A stretch of DNA of 32,000 nucleotides. Origin: Schaalia meyeri (lineage in GTDB: Bacteria > Actinomycetota > Actinomycetes > Actinomycetales > Actinomycetaceae). Shown here in pieces: positions 24,388 to 32,000 of the stretch (positions within the stretch are counted from its first letter, which is position 1; every line of letters starts with the position of its first letter). The position numbers and the translations under genes were made by a program. The stretch is from the NCBI RefSeq assembly GCF_900105015.1, contig NZ_FNLK01000005.1, forward strand, positions 420,001 to 452,000, given 5' to 3'. The notes beneath the pieces are model-generated. The model worked only from the letters and a program-made list of their open reading frames with translations. It did no database searches and was not told the origin of the DNA.

Positions 24388-24443
24388 TGCGCCCTATTCG
24401 CCCATCGATCTGAGACCGGCTCCCGATTTCGCCGGCCAGACGT

Positions 24444-24449
24444 TAGACT
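24444..24449 (+). promoter_or_regulatory. Candidate internal -10 hexamer TAGACT, 51 nt upstream of glgB
   Basis: TAGACT is followed by the hairpin GTGAAC-TGAGCG-GTTCAC and the SD GGAGTAAGGA. No clear -35. Confidence 0.25.
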
Positions 24450-24500
24450 ACAGACACCAGTGAACTGAGCGGTTCACACCACCTGGAGTAAGGAAAATCC

Positions 24501-26696
24501 ATGAGCTGCGAACTTACGCCGATCCCGGTCAATGACGACATCCTCGACGCCGTTGCCTCAGGCTCCTACTACTCGCCGCACTCCGTGCTCGGCGCGCACC
24601 TTGGCGACACGGGGGTCACGATTCGCACGGTCGCCCACCTGGCTGACGCCGTCGACATCATCACGCCCACCGGGGCCTACGCCGCCTCCCACGAATACGG
24701 AGGCGTGTGGGTTGCAGCCCTGCCCGGCAAGGAGGTTCCCGCCTACCGCGTGTCCGTCACCTACGGGGAGGACACTACTGTCCGCGACGACCCCTACCGC
24801 TATCTGCCCACCCTGGGCGAGATGGACACTTACCTGATCTCCGAGGGACGCCACGAGAACCTCTGGAAGGTCTTGGGCGCGCACGTGAAGACCTACACCG
24901 ACGAGCTGGGCGAGACCACCGGCACGGCGTTTGCCGTGTGGGCGCCCAACGCGCGCGCCGTGCGCGTCGTCGGAGAGTTTAACTACTGGGATGGCACAGC
25001 CACCTCCATGCGTTCGCTCGGTTCCTCCGGCGTGTGGGAGATCTTCGTCCCCGAGGTCGGCGTGGGCGCTCGCTACAAGTTCGAGCTCCAAGGTCCCGGC
25101 GGCAACTGGTTCCAAAAGGCCGATCCTTTGGCCCGCGCCACGGAGATTCCCCCGGCCACGGCCTCGGTCGTAACCGACTATTTCCACACGTGGACCGACC
25201 AGGAATGGATGGATTCCAGGAAGGATGGCAACGTCCACGGCGGCCCCATGTCCGTCTACGAGGTGCACGCCGGTTCGTGGCGTCAGGGACTGGGCTATCG
25301 CGAGCTGGCCGACGAGCTGGTCCCCTACGTCAAGCAGATGGGATTCACGCACGTAGAGTTCATGCCGCTGGCCGAGCACCCCTTCGGCGGCTCGTGGGGA
25401 TACCAGGTGACCTCGTATTTTGCTCCCACGTCGCGCTACGGAACGCCGGACGACTTCCGTTACCTGGTTGATGCCTTCCACCGCGAGGGCATCGGCGTCA
25501 TCCTCGACTGGGTGCCCGCACACTTCCCGAAGGACGATTTCGCGCTGGCCCGCTTCGACGGCACCCCGCTGTACGAGGACCCCGACCCGCTGCGTGGCGA
25601 GCACCCGGACTGGGGCACCTACGTGTTCAATTTCGGCCGCCGCGAGGTGCGCAACTTCCTGGTCGCGAACGCCCTGTACTGGCTGGAAGACTTCCACATT
25701 GATGGCCTGCGCGTCGACGCGGTCGCCTCGATGCTCTACCTGGACTACTCGCGCAAGGACGGCCAGTGGCGTCCGAACCAGTACGGCGGGCGCGAGAACC
25801 TGGAGGCCATCGATTTCATCCAGGAGGCGAACGCGACCGCGTACCGCCGCCACCCAGGCATCGTGATGATCGCCGAGGAGTCCACGGCGTGGCCGGGCGT
25901 GACCGCTCCGACCAGCGGCGGTGGCCTAGGTTACGGCATGAAGTGGAACATGGGGTGGATGAACGACACCCTGCGTTACCTGAGCGAGGATCCGGTGAAT
26001 CGTCGGTGGCATCACGGCGAGCTGACCTTCTCGCTGGTGTACGCGTTCTCCGAGAACTACGTGCTGCCGCTGTCGCACGACGAGGTCGTGCACGGCAAGG
26101 GATCGCTCATCTCGAAGATGCCGGGCGATAAGTGGCAGCGTCTCGCCGGCCTGCGTTCCCTCTACGCCTACCAGTGGAGCCACCCGGGCAAGCAGCTCAT
26201 CTTCATGGGCCAGGAGATCGGCCAGGAACAGGAGTGGAACGAATCCTACTCCCTGGACTGGTGGCTCATGGATCAGGAGGGGCACGCGGGGGTGGCGCAC
26301 CTGGTTGAGCGCCTCAACCGGATCTACACCTCCTCCCCCGCCATGTGGGACGACGACTACACGGGATTCGAGTGGATCGACGCCTCCGACGGCGACCACA
26401 ACCTGATCTCTTACCTGCGTAAGGGGTCGGACGCCGACGGCAACCGCGAGGTCGTGGTGTGCGTGTCCAACTTTGCGGGTAATCCGCACGAGGGCTACCG
26501 GGTCGGCCTGCCTTTCGGCGGCGAATGGGTGGAGATTATGAACACCGATGCCGAAGAGTTCGGCGGTTCGGGAGTGGTCAACGTCGGTACGATTATCGCC
26601 GAGGACACCCCGTGGAACGGCCGCCCGGTGTCCGCTCAGCTGCGCGTCCCGCCACTGGGTGCCGTATGGCTGGCGCCCGCCTCGCAGGTGCGCTGA
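24501..26696 (+). CDS. glgB: 1,4-alpha-glucan branching enzyme
   Basis: [67 protein letters not shown] (GH13_9 conserved regions). Confidence 0.95.
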   Translation: MSCELTPIPVNDDILDAVASGSYYSPHSVLGAHLGDTGVTIRTVAHLADAVDIITPTGAYAASHEYGGVWVAALPGKEVPAYRVSVTYGEDTTVRDDPYRYLPTLGEMDTYLISEGRHENLWKVLGAHVKTYTDELGETTGTAFAVWAPNARAVRVVGEFNYWDGTATSMRSLGSSGVWEIFVPEVGVGARYKFELQGPGGNWFQKADPLARATEIPPATASVVTDYFHTWTDQEWMDSRKDGNVHGGPMSVYEVHAGSWRQGLGYRELADELVPYVKQMGFTHVEFMPLAEHPFGGSWGYQVTSYFAPTSRYGTPDDFRYLVDAFHREGIGVILDWVPAHFPKDDFALARFDGTPLYEDPDPLRGEHPDWGTYVFNFGRREVRNFLVANALYWLEDFHIDGLRVDAVASMLYLDYSRKDGQWRPNQYGGRENLEAIDFIQEANATAYRRHPGIVMIAEESTAWPGVTAPTSGGGLGYGMKWNMGWMNDTLRYLSEDPVNRRWHHGELTFSLVYAFSENYVLPLSHDEVVHGKGSLISKMPGDKWQRLAGLRSLYAYQWSHPGKQLIFMGQEIGQEQEWNESYSLDWWLMDQEGHAGVAHLVERLNRIYTSSPAMWDDDYTGFEWIDASDGDHNLISYLRKGSDADGNREVVVCVSNFAGNPHEGYRVGLPFGGEWVEIMNTDAEEFGGSGVVNVGTIIAEDTPWNGRPVSAQLRVPPLGAVWLAPASQVR

Positions 26697-26718
26697 CCGC
26701 TTCCTTCCGTTATCAGGG

Positions 26719-26754
26719 ACGAGGCCGGGGCTGGGAAAACAGCTCCGGCCTCGT
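26719..26754. terminator. Strong hairpin between convergent glgB and thioredoxin-TPR genes
   Basis: 15-bp stem ACGAGGCCGGGGCTG (26719-26733) / CAGCTCCGGCCTCGT (26740-26754) with one G.T pair, loop GGAAAA, no U-tract. Confidence 0.55.
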
Positions 26755-26893
26755 TCGCGATCATCGCGTGTCGTGCGCGGGTAAACGCCGTCGGGCTTGC
26801 AAGAAATCCGCTCGTCCCCGGTCTGTTAGACCGTTCCGATGGTAGCACTTGCGACCCGATGAGTTCGCGTCGGGGCCCCTCGCGGCTGCATTC

Positions 26894-27802
26894 TCACATG
26901 AGCAGCATCGCCAGGCGCGTGCGCGCTTTTGTCACCTCGGGGGTCGATCCGGCGACGCGGAAGAGGTCGAGCAGGCGCAGGCGCAGAGCGTCGCGTTCCC
27001 GGTCGTCGGTGGCCGATCCGATCAGGTTGAGCAGCGCATCGAAGGCTACGGCGGCGTCGCCCGCCGCGAAGAGGGCGTCGGCGCGCGCGGCGGGATCCGA
27101 GCGGTCGGCGTCGGCGCTGCGCGCCGCGAGGCGCACGCGAGACAGGTGCGCCTTGGCGGCTTCGTCACGCGGGTTCAGCTCGATGACCTTCTCCCAGCCC
27201 GCGATCGCTTCGTCCAGGCGTCCCTCGGCCTCGGCGGAGAGCGGTGCCTCGTGTTCGGGAGGGATCGGGGCCACCGTATCCGCCGCGGCAACGGCGATGC
27301 GCGCCGTTACGCCCATCTGAGCGGCGGCCTCGAGAACCTGTGCAATAACGGGAAGCACCTGTTCCTTCGCCGCGCTCCCCTGGAAGAGCGGAACGGGGCG
27401 TCCACCCACCAGGGCGACGACCGTGGGAACGGCCTGGATTTGGAAGGCCTGTGCGATCTGCGGGGCCTGGTCGATGTCGATCTCGACCAGCTGGAACGCG
27501 CCCGCCTGCTCGCGCGTTATCGCCTCCAGCATGGCCAGGGTCGGCTTCGACTCCAGGGATCGGGAGGACCACATGACGAGGACGACCGGGACGGTCTGCG
27601 ACGTTGACAGGACTCCCTCAAAATCGGCCTCGCCTATAGATGTGATGAGTGGCAGGTGCAACCCCTCTCCGGCCGGAGGTGCCGTGGGCGTGTCCTCCCG
27701 GGTGAGCGCGGTCGCGCGCGCCGACAGATCGATAGCTCCGTGCGAATCGGCGGGAGTCGGGGCCGCCTCGGGCGCTGCGGAACGTGAATCTGACGTGTTC
27801 AT
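26894..27802 (-). CDS. Thioredoxin-fold plus TPR protein (YbbN/CnoX-like), entirely Cys-free
   Basis: The Trx-fold region PVVLVMWSSRSLESKPTLAMLE...VEIDIDQAPQIAQAFQIQAVPTVVAL has SSRS where CxxC would sit. The C-terminal half is helical and TPR-like. No Cys anywhere in the 302 aa. Confidence 0.78.
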   Translation of the reverse strand: MNTSDSRSAAPEAAPTPADSHGAIDLSARATALTREDTPTAPPAGEGLHLPLITSIGEADFEGVLSTSQTVPVVLVMWSSRSLESKPTLAMLEAITREQAGAFQLVEIDIDQAPQIAQAFQIQAVPTVVALVGGRPVPLFQGSAAKEQVLPVIAQVLEAAAQMGVTARIAVAAADTVAPIPPEHEAPLSAEAEGRLDEAIAGWEKVIELNPRDEAAKAHLSRVRLAARSADADRSDPAARADALFAAGDAAVAFDALLNLIGSATDDRERDALRLRLLDLFRVAGSTPEVTKARTRLAMLLM

Positions 27803-27850
27803 CGTGGTCCTATCTAACTTAAGTTTTCTTCCTACTCGATGATAGGCGTA

Positions 27851-27877
27851 GTCCCCGCGCCACTTGGTCGCGGGGAC
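27851..27877 (-). terminator. Hairpin 23 nt downstream of the lipoprotein gene stop
   Basis: GTCCCCGCG (27851-27859) pairs with CGCGGGGAC (27869-27877), 9-nt loop, no U-tract. Confidence 0.45.
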
Positions 27878-27900
27878 GAGCTCTGCGCTGAGGGTGAAAC

Positions 27901-28899
27901 TCAGCCCGGGCTGCTGGAGGAATCCAGGCTGACCGAGACGATGGTTCGTTCTCCCCCGACGACCTGGATGGTTCCGCCGGCGCTCTGCGACGGGATGCGC
28001 ATGAGGACGGTCGCCAGGTAGTCCACTGTCGCTGATCCCTCCACGCTCGTGCCTGAGGAGCTGAGCGCCGCCGTATTCCCGGCGAGGCTCATGGTCGCCC
28101 CCGCGACTGTCCTCTGGTAGGTGAGGGTGTACTTGAAGTTGGCGGCCACCAGTGCCGATCCATCCTGCAAGACCAGGCCCGAGATCGGGTAGTCCGACGC
28201 TGTCGCGGCAGCCGTCACGGTGCCGGCCGCGCTGACGGACGAATTAATGTCCGCCACGTTCGACAGGTACAACTTCGTGAACTCATCCGCGACGAATTGA
28301 GTGGTGTCTTGGCTGCCGGAGTTCAGCATCGTAATGTACTGCGCCAGAGCCGTGTCGGGGCTCACGGTGAAGCCGTCGGAGGTGCCGGTGACGTACGCCG
28401 ATCCGGTGCCGACGGGCGGCAGCGTCAGCTGGGTGCCGCCCAGGAGGCGAGCGTAGTTGGTCAGCTGATAGTCGGAACGAGCCGAGTCCTGCACGTACAC
28501 CTGCAGGACCGGCAGGGCTGTAGAGGACGATCCAGAGATGTTGAAGATCGCACGGGGCCACGATTCAGAGTTCGTGATCGCCAGCGAGGTGGGGGTGAAG
28601 TCGAGGGTCTGCGGAGTCTGCCCCGTCGCACTCGCGAGCGCGTACTGCGCGGTCCGGGTCGCCAGGGCGCCCTGCGAAACACGCCCAGACAGGTCGGAGG
28701 CGTTCAGTGAGCCGTCCGCCTTCGTCATAGCCGTACCGGCCTCACCAAGCACGGAAGAGATGCGCTCCAGGTCAAGGTTCGCCGCGCTCTGGGCGTCAGC
28801 CTCCGACTGGGCGACAATCTCGCCCGAGCACGCGCTGATCCCGAGGGTAGAGGCCAAGAGCAGGGTGGCGGTTGCCGTCGCCAGTGTCCGTCGTTTCAT
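27901..28899 (-). CDS. Secreted lipoprotein (332 aa), Ser/Thr/Ala-rich, function unknown
   Basis: Signal peptide MKRRTLATATATLLLASTLGISAC with lipobox I-S-A-C. Its ATG overlaps the upstream gene's TGA (ATGA at 28896-28899). Confidence 0.7.
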   Translation of the reverse strand: MKRRTLATATATLLLASTLGISACSGEIVAQSEADAQSAANLDLERISSVLGEAGTAMTKADGSLNASDLSGRVSQGALATRTAQYALASATGQTPQTLDFTPTSLAITNSESWPRAIFNISGSSSTALPVLQVYVQDSARSDYQLTNYARLLGGTQLTLPPVGTGSAYVTGTSDGFTVSPDTALAQYITMLNSGSQDTTQFVADEFTKLYLSNVADINSSVSAAGTVTAAATASDYPISGLVLQDGSALVAANFKYTLTYQRTVAGATMSLAGNTAALSSSGTSVEGSATVDYLATVLMRIPSQSAGGTIQVVGGERTIVSVSLDSSSSPG

Positions 28900-30425
28900 C
28901 GCCTATCCTCTTCGCCCTCTGTGAGCCAGCCGGACATGATCGACGTCCAGCCTCCGGTCGCCGAAGCGTCATCGTCGGGGGCCGAGGTCGGTGCGGGTGT
29001 CTGCTCGGAGTTTTGGGGACGGGTCACGGGGATCAATCCAGTGTTGAATTCCTGGCCGTCCACCACGACAATGTGCTCGCCGTTATTGCGGGCTTCGCGC
29101 AGTGCGCGACGCGACGGCAGGGTGCGCCCACCCCGAATACCAGACAGATCGATGACGCCGGTGTCCGTCGTGGCGCGCTCGGGCGGATCCTGATCGATCG
29201 GCCCCTGCTCCAGGCCGTGACGACCGCGACGCTTCAGGGTGTCCGTTAACGGATCGGGGACGTAATCGTCTTGGCCGCGCTCGGCGACGTCCGGATCGAT
29301 CGCGCGCTCCGGGTCGTGATGGCCGCGACGCTTCACGGTGTCCCTCAATGGATCGGGAACGTAGGCGTCCTGACCGACGGCCTCGGTGCCCGGATCGGGG
29401 GTCGCTAACCGCTCGGCCGCTTCCCTCCTGTCCTGATACGAGGCCGGGGGAACGTCGCGAATTGCCGTGTCTTCTATGGAAGGCTCCAGGGGTACCACAT
29501 CCTCGGGGGACGCCGCTAAGCCAGCGGCTGCCCACTCATCACTTTGTTCGGTCTTGTGCTGCGCGCCCGACGGGCCGCTCATATTTTCTCGCTCCGCTGC
29601 CCCGTCGGTATCGGGGGCGGGAGATGATCCACGGTCGGCGGCGACGCGCTCGGCGACTGCCGCGGAGTTGATCGAGGCGGTTTCAAGGGAATCGGCCTTA
29701 CGGCGTTCCTCGATGCGCGCGGCACGAATCCTGCGCAAGCGCAGCAGCTGCCAACGCGTCAGGAACAGCGCGAGCGCGATCAGGGCAAACACGCAGGCGG
29801 CAAGGAAGGCGATGATCGCCAGCGTGTTCGTCTGCTCAACCTTCCACGTGAGCGTGAGCGTCAGGTCGCCCGCGCCGGCCGCGGACACCGCCAGGGCGGA
29901 CTTTCCGGCCGACACGTTCTCCAGGTCCAAGCTCACGGTTCCCTCGCCGCTGGCCTTCTTGAACCACATGTCGGAGGAGGCCAGCTGCGACACCAGATCC
30001 GCGGACGTGGGTTCCTTCAGGGGCTGGGCGCCCGACTGCACGCCGGACTGCGACGGCCCGGTCGGTGTCGTATTTCCCGACGAAACGGCCTCGTGTGACT
30101 CGGCTTTCAGCTTCTTGCGATCCGACTCCACGCCGATGACCTCGGTGTAGGCCGCGTCGCCGATCCACCCCTTGACGTCCTGCGTCGTACCGATGCCCAG
30201 CGTCACGGCTGCACCCGACTTCGACGTCGCAGTGACTGTCACGTCATCCTTCACGATCGACAGCACGTTGCCGCGCGTCATGATCAGATCCGTCGCCGAT
30301 TCGACCGACGAGACCTGTTGCGTCGGGGGTCGGAGTACGGTCACGCCGAGCAGCCCGACGAGGACGCATACGAGAGAGACAACGCCCATCGACGCTGCCA
30401 CCACGTATCGCTTAAGAAATTCCAC
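28896..30425 (-). CDS. Two-TM membrane protein (509 aa) with an extracytoplasmic domain and a long charged cytoplasmic tail; function unknown
   Basis: GTG 30425 has GAGGAG 6 nt upstream. Hydrophobic segments at about residues 8-30 and 201-223. The tail (224-509) is rich in D/E/R/P and contains a tandem repeat. Confidence 0.7.
   Translation of the reverse strand: MEFLKRYVVAASMGVVSLVCVLVGLLGVTVLRPPTQQVSSVESATDLIMTRGNVLSIVKDDVTVTATSKSGAAVTLGIGTTQDVKGWIGDAAYTEVIGVESDRKKLKAESHEAVSSGNTTPTGPSQSGVQSGAQPLKEPTSADLVSQLASSDMWFKKASGEGTVSLDLENVSAGKSALAVSAAGAGDLTLTLTWKVEQTNTLAIIAFLAACVFALIALALFLTRWQLLRLRRIRAARIEERRKADSLETASINSAAVAERVAADRGSSPAPDTDGAAERENMSGPSGAQHKTEQSDEWAAAGLAASPEDVVPLEPSIEDTAIRDVPPASYQDRREAAERLATPDPGTEAVGQDAYVPDPLRDTVKRRGHHDPERAIDPDVAERGQDDYVPDPLTDTLKRRGRHGLEQGPIDQDPPERATTDTGVIDLSGIRGGRTLPSRRALREARNNGEHIVVVDGQEFNTGLIPVTRPQNSEQTPAPTSAPDDDASATGGWTSIMSGWLTEGEEDRR
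29175..29375 (-). repeat. Tandem in-frame duplication (99 + 102 nt) inside the membrane-protein tail
   Basis: GQDAYVPDPLRDTVKRRGHHDPERAIDPDVAER is followed by GQDDYVPDPLTDTLKRRGRHGLEQGPIDQDPPER. The DNA units 29277-29375 and 29175-29276 align with roughly three-quarters identity by eye. Confidence 0.75.
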
Positions 30426-30539
30426 GGTTGCTCCTCATCTCCATGCCCACGCTGAGGGCATTATTCAGTCCCCACTCTACGTGCTAACCACAGCAACGAC
30501 CGTGTTCGCACGCGAGGCAGTGATACATCACATCCATAG

Positions 30540-30836
30540 CTACACCGGTCGAAGCCCGCGCCGCCAGCATTCGGAGTGCCAGTGGCGGCGCCCATTCACC
30601 CCCTGAGGCAGCCCGAAGGGGGTCTCCTCCGGCCATGCCACCACGTGAGCGGTACCCTTCAGGATCGGGCGCAGGCAGGCCGGACACGTGTACTCCTTGG
30701 AGGCACTGGGCAAATGGCGCACTTGGTAGTCCCCGCCGTCGGGACCGCGTTCCGTGCGCGCCGCAGAGGCGAGGCGGTCCATCTGCAGGGGGCGCGCCTC
30801 ACCCCACGGTCGCTTCTTGCTGCGTTTACCTCTCAC
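30540..30836 (-). CDS. Small basic Zn-ribbon-like protein (98 aa), conserved actinobacterial protein of unknown function
   Basis: YTCPACLRPILKGTAHVVAWPEE......GRRHWHSECW. I recall this CxxC...HVVAWP...RRHWH..CW pattern from small actinobacterial proteins often labelled 'ATP/GTP-binding protein'. GTG 30836 overlaps the nagA stop (GTGA). Confidence 0.62.
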   Translation of the reverse strand: MRGKRSKKRPWGEARPLQMDRLASAARTERGPDGGDYQVRHLPSASKEYTCPACLRPILKGTAHVVAWPEETPFGLPQGVNGRRHWHSECWRRGLRPV

Positions 30837-32000
30837 GCGACTACAGTGCCACGGCGCCACACGCGGTGCACGTTCAGCTGCGCGTCAACCTCGACGACGT
30901 CCGCCTTCTTACCGGCGGCGAGCGAACCGATCGTGTCGTCGCCCAGTATGGTGGCACCCTGGGCGGACGCCATGTAGACGGCATCCACCAGAGGGATGCC
31001 GCCGCGGGTGACGGCGACGCGCACGCAGTCCAGCAGGTGCGCAGTGCCTCCAGCGATCGCGTTGCCCTGGGCGAGGCGCGCAACGCCGTCCCTGACGACG
31101 ACGTCCTGAGGCCCCAGCGTGTACTCGCCGTCGGGCATGCCCGCGGCGGCCATCGCGTCGGTAACGAACACGACGTGCTCGCGCCCCACCATCTCGTACA
31201 CGTCACGCACCAGCGTCGGGTCGACGTGGATCGAATCGCAGATCAGCTCGACGACCGCGCCGCCGCGCGCCGCGTCCGACAAAAACTCGGCGACCGGACC
31301 CGTGTCACGGTGGTGCAGGGGCCGCATGCCATTGAACAGGTGCGTGATCGTTGCCCGAGGGCCACGCTTTGTCTTCACCTCCGCGAATCGCTCGCGGGAG
31401 TATTCCAGCGCCTGGCGCGCCATGACCGAATTGGAGTCCGTGTGGCCCCACGAGGGCAGCGCTCCCCCATCGATGAGCGCTTCGGCCACAGAACCCGGGC
31501 CGTACGCTCCGGGTTTTTCCGGGGCGAGCGTCATCGACAGCGCGTGTCCCTGGCAGTCCTTGAGCAGTGTCAGCGTTAGGGAAGGATCGGGGTCGATGAT
31601 GTAGGTCGGATCCTGTGCTCCGCAGCGCTCGTGGGAGACGAAGGGGCCCTCAAAGTGGATGCCCGCAATCTCGGAATCGTTCGCCAGCTGGGCCAGCGTC
31701 GCGGCACGTCTGCGCAGCACGTCCGCCGAAGCGGTCACGCAGGAGGCAACCAGGGAAGTCGTCCCGTGGCGGCGATGCTCCATGACGGCCACGAGGGCGG
31801 CCTCGGCAGTCTCGGCGTTCGGGAAGGATTCACCGCCTCCGCCGTGGCAGTGAACGTCCACCAGGCCGGGCAGGAAGGTCGAATCCGATGCCTCGGGCAG
31901 CGCAGCGTCGTAGTTTGACACGGGGCAGATGCGGGTAATGGTAGAGCCGTCGATCTCAATAATTCCGTCGTCGACAACGGAATCTTCCAGCACCAGGCGG
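30833..32000 (-). CDS. nagA: N-acetylglucosamine-6-phosphate deacetylase; the 5' end probably lies just outside the window
   Basis: LPGLVDVHCHGGGG, IHFEGPF, HLFNGM, VTDAM, GG.A.L are NagA metal-site and catalytic blocks. The frame stays open to base 32000. GTG 31993 would leave only 7 residues before the conserved N-terminal beta-strand, so the true start is likely upstream. Confidence 0.9.
   Translation of the reverse strand, partial: RLVLEDSVVDDGIIEIDGSTITRICPVSNYDAALPEASDSTFLPGLVDVHCHGGGGESFPNAETAEAALVAVMEHRRHGTTSLVASCVTASADVLRRRAATLAQLANDSEIAGIHFEGPFVSHERCGAQDPTYIIDPDPSLTLTLLKDCQGHALSMTLAPEKPGAYGPGSVAEALIDGGALPSWGHTDSNSVMARQALEYSRERFAEVKTKRGPRATITHLFNGMRPLHHRDTGPVAEFLSDAARGGAVVELICDSIHVDPTLVRDVYEMVGREHVVFVTDAMAAAGMPDGEYTLGPQDVVVRDGVARLAQGNAIAGGTAHLLDCVRVAVTRGGIPLVDAVYMASAQGATILGDDTIGSLAAGKKADVVEVDAQLNVHRVWRRGTVVA

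Noticed and set aside
27803-27850. Leaderless-type promoter for the thioredoxin-TPR gene (TAGATA or TAAGTT upstream of ATG 27802), and similarly TAGGCT (22297-22302) before glgE.
   Set aside because: The hexamers deviate from TANNNT, or the spacing to the start (8-13 nt, or 3 nt) does not fit the clean N6/7 pattern of the other five genes, so I do not count them.

Overview
GC-rich chromosomal segment (third codon positions are almost all G/C) that reads like the conserved core genome of an Actinomycetota organism, Actinomycetaceae-like by gene content. All calls come from reading the sequence and recalling protein families. No search or computation was run. I place 30 protein genes, 4 tRNAs and several hairpin terminators. 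One gene, the 56-aa L32 gene, is missing from the ORF track. Left to right: ilvA 3' end, a receiver-less OmpR-type regulator, tRNA-Arg, rpmF, yigZ-cysK-cysE, a GNAT gene, leuS-nei, a HIT gene, a DtxR/MntR-type regulator and two identical tandem tRNA-Lys(CTT). A long minus-strand block follows: etfB-etfA-cysteine desulfurase-mnmA, tRNA-Leu, bcp, ABC ATPase plus a large permease. Next come the glycogen/GlgE-pathway genes glgX, (trpS, small membrane protein), glgE and glgB. The window ends with a Cys-free thioredoxin-TPR protein and a minus-strand chain nagA -> small Zn-ribbon protein -> membrane protein -> lipoprotein. I see no CRISPR array, transposase, integrase, phage gene or recognisable defence gene, so this looks like an ordinary housekeeping region rather than an accessory island. 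Many long ORFs in the track are mirror-frame or upstream-extension artefacts of the high GC content. The least explained parts are: (1) the translationally chained module downstream of nagA, which includes a Cys-rich 17-codon micro-ORF; (2) the ABC ATPase plus fused double permease; (3) the receiver-less winged-helix regulator with GTGAT repeats upstream; (4) a recurring TAnnnT-N6/7-ATG geometry suggesting leaderless mRNAs; (5) the tight etfBA-desulfurase-mnmA coupling. None of these is proven novel. Each needs homology and structure searches that I cannot run.
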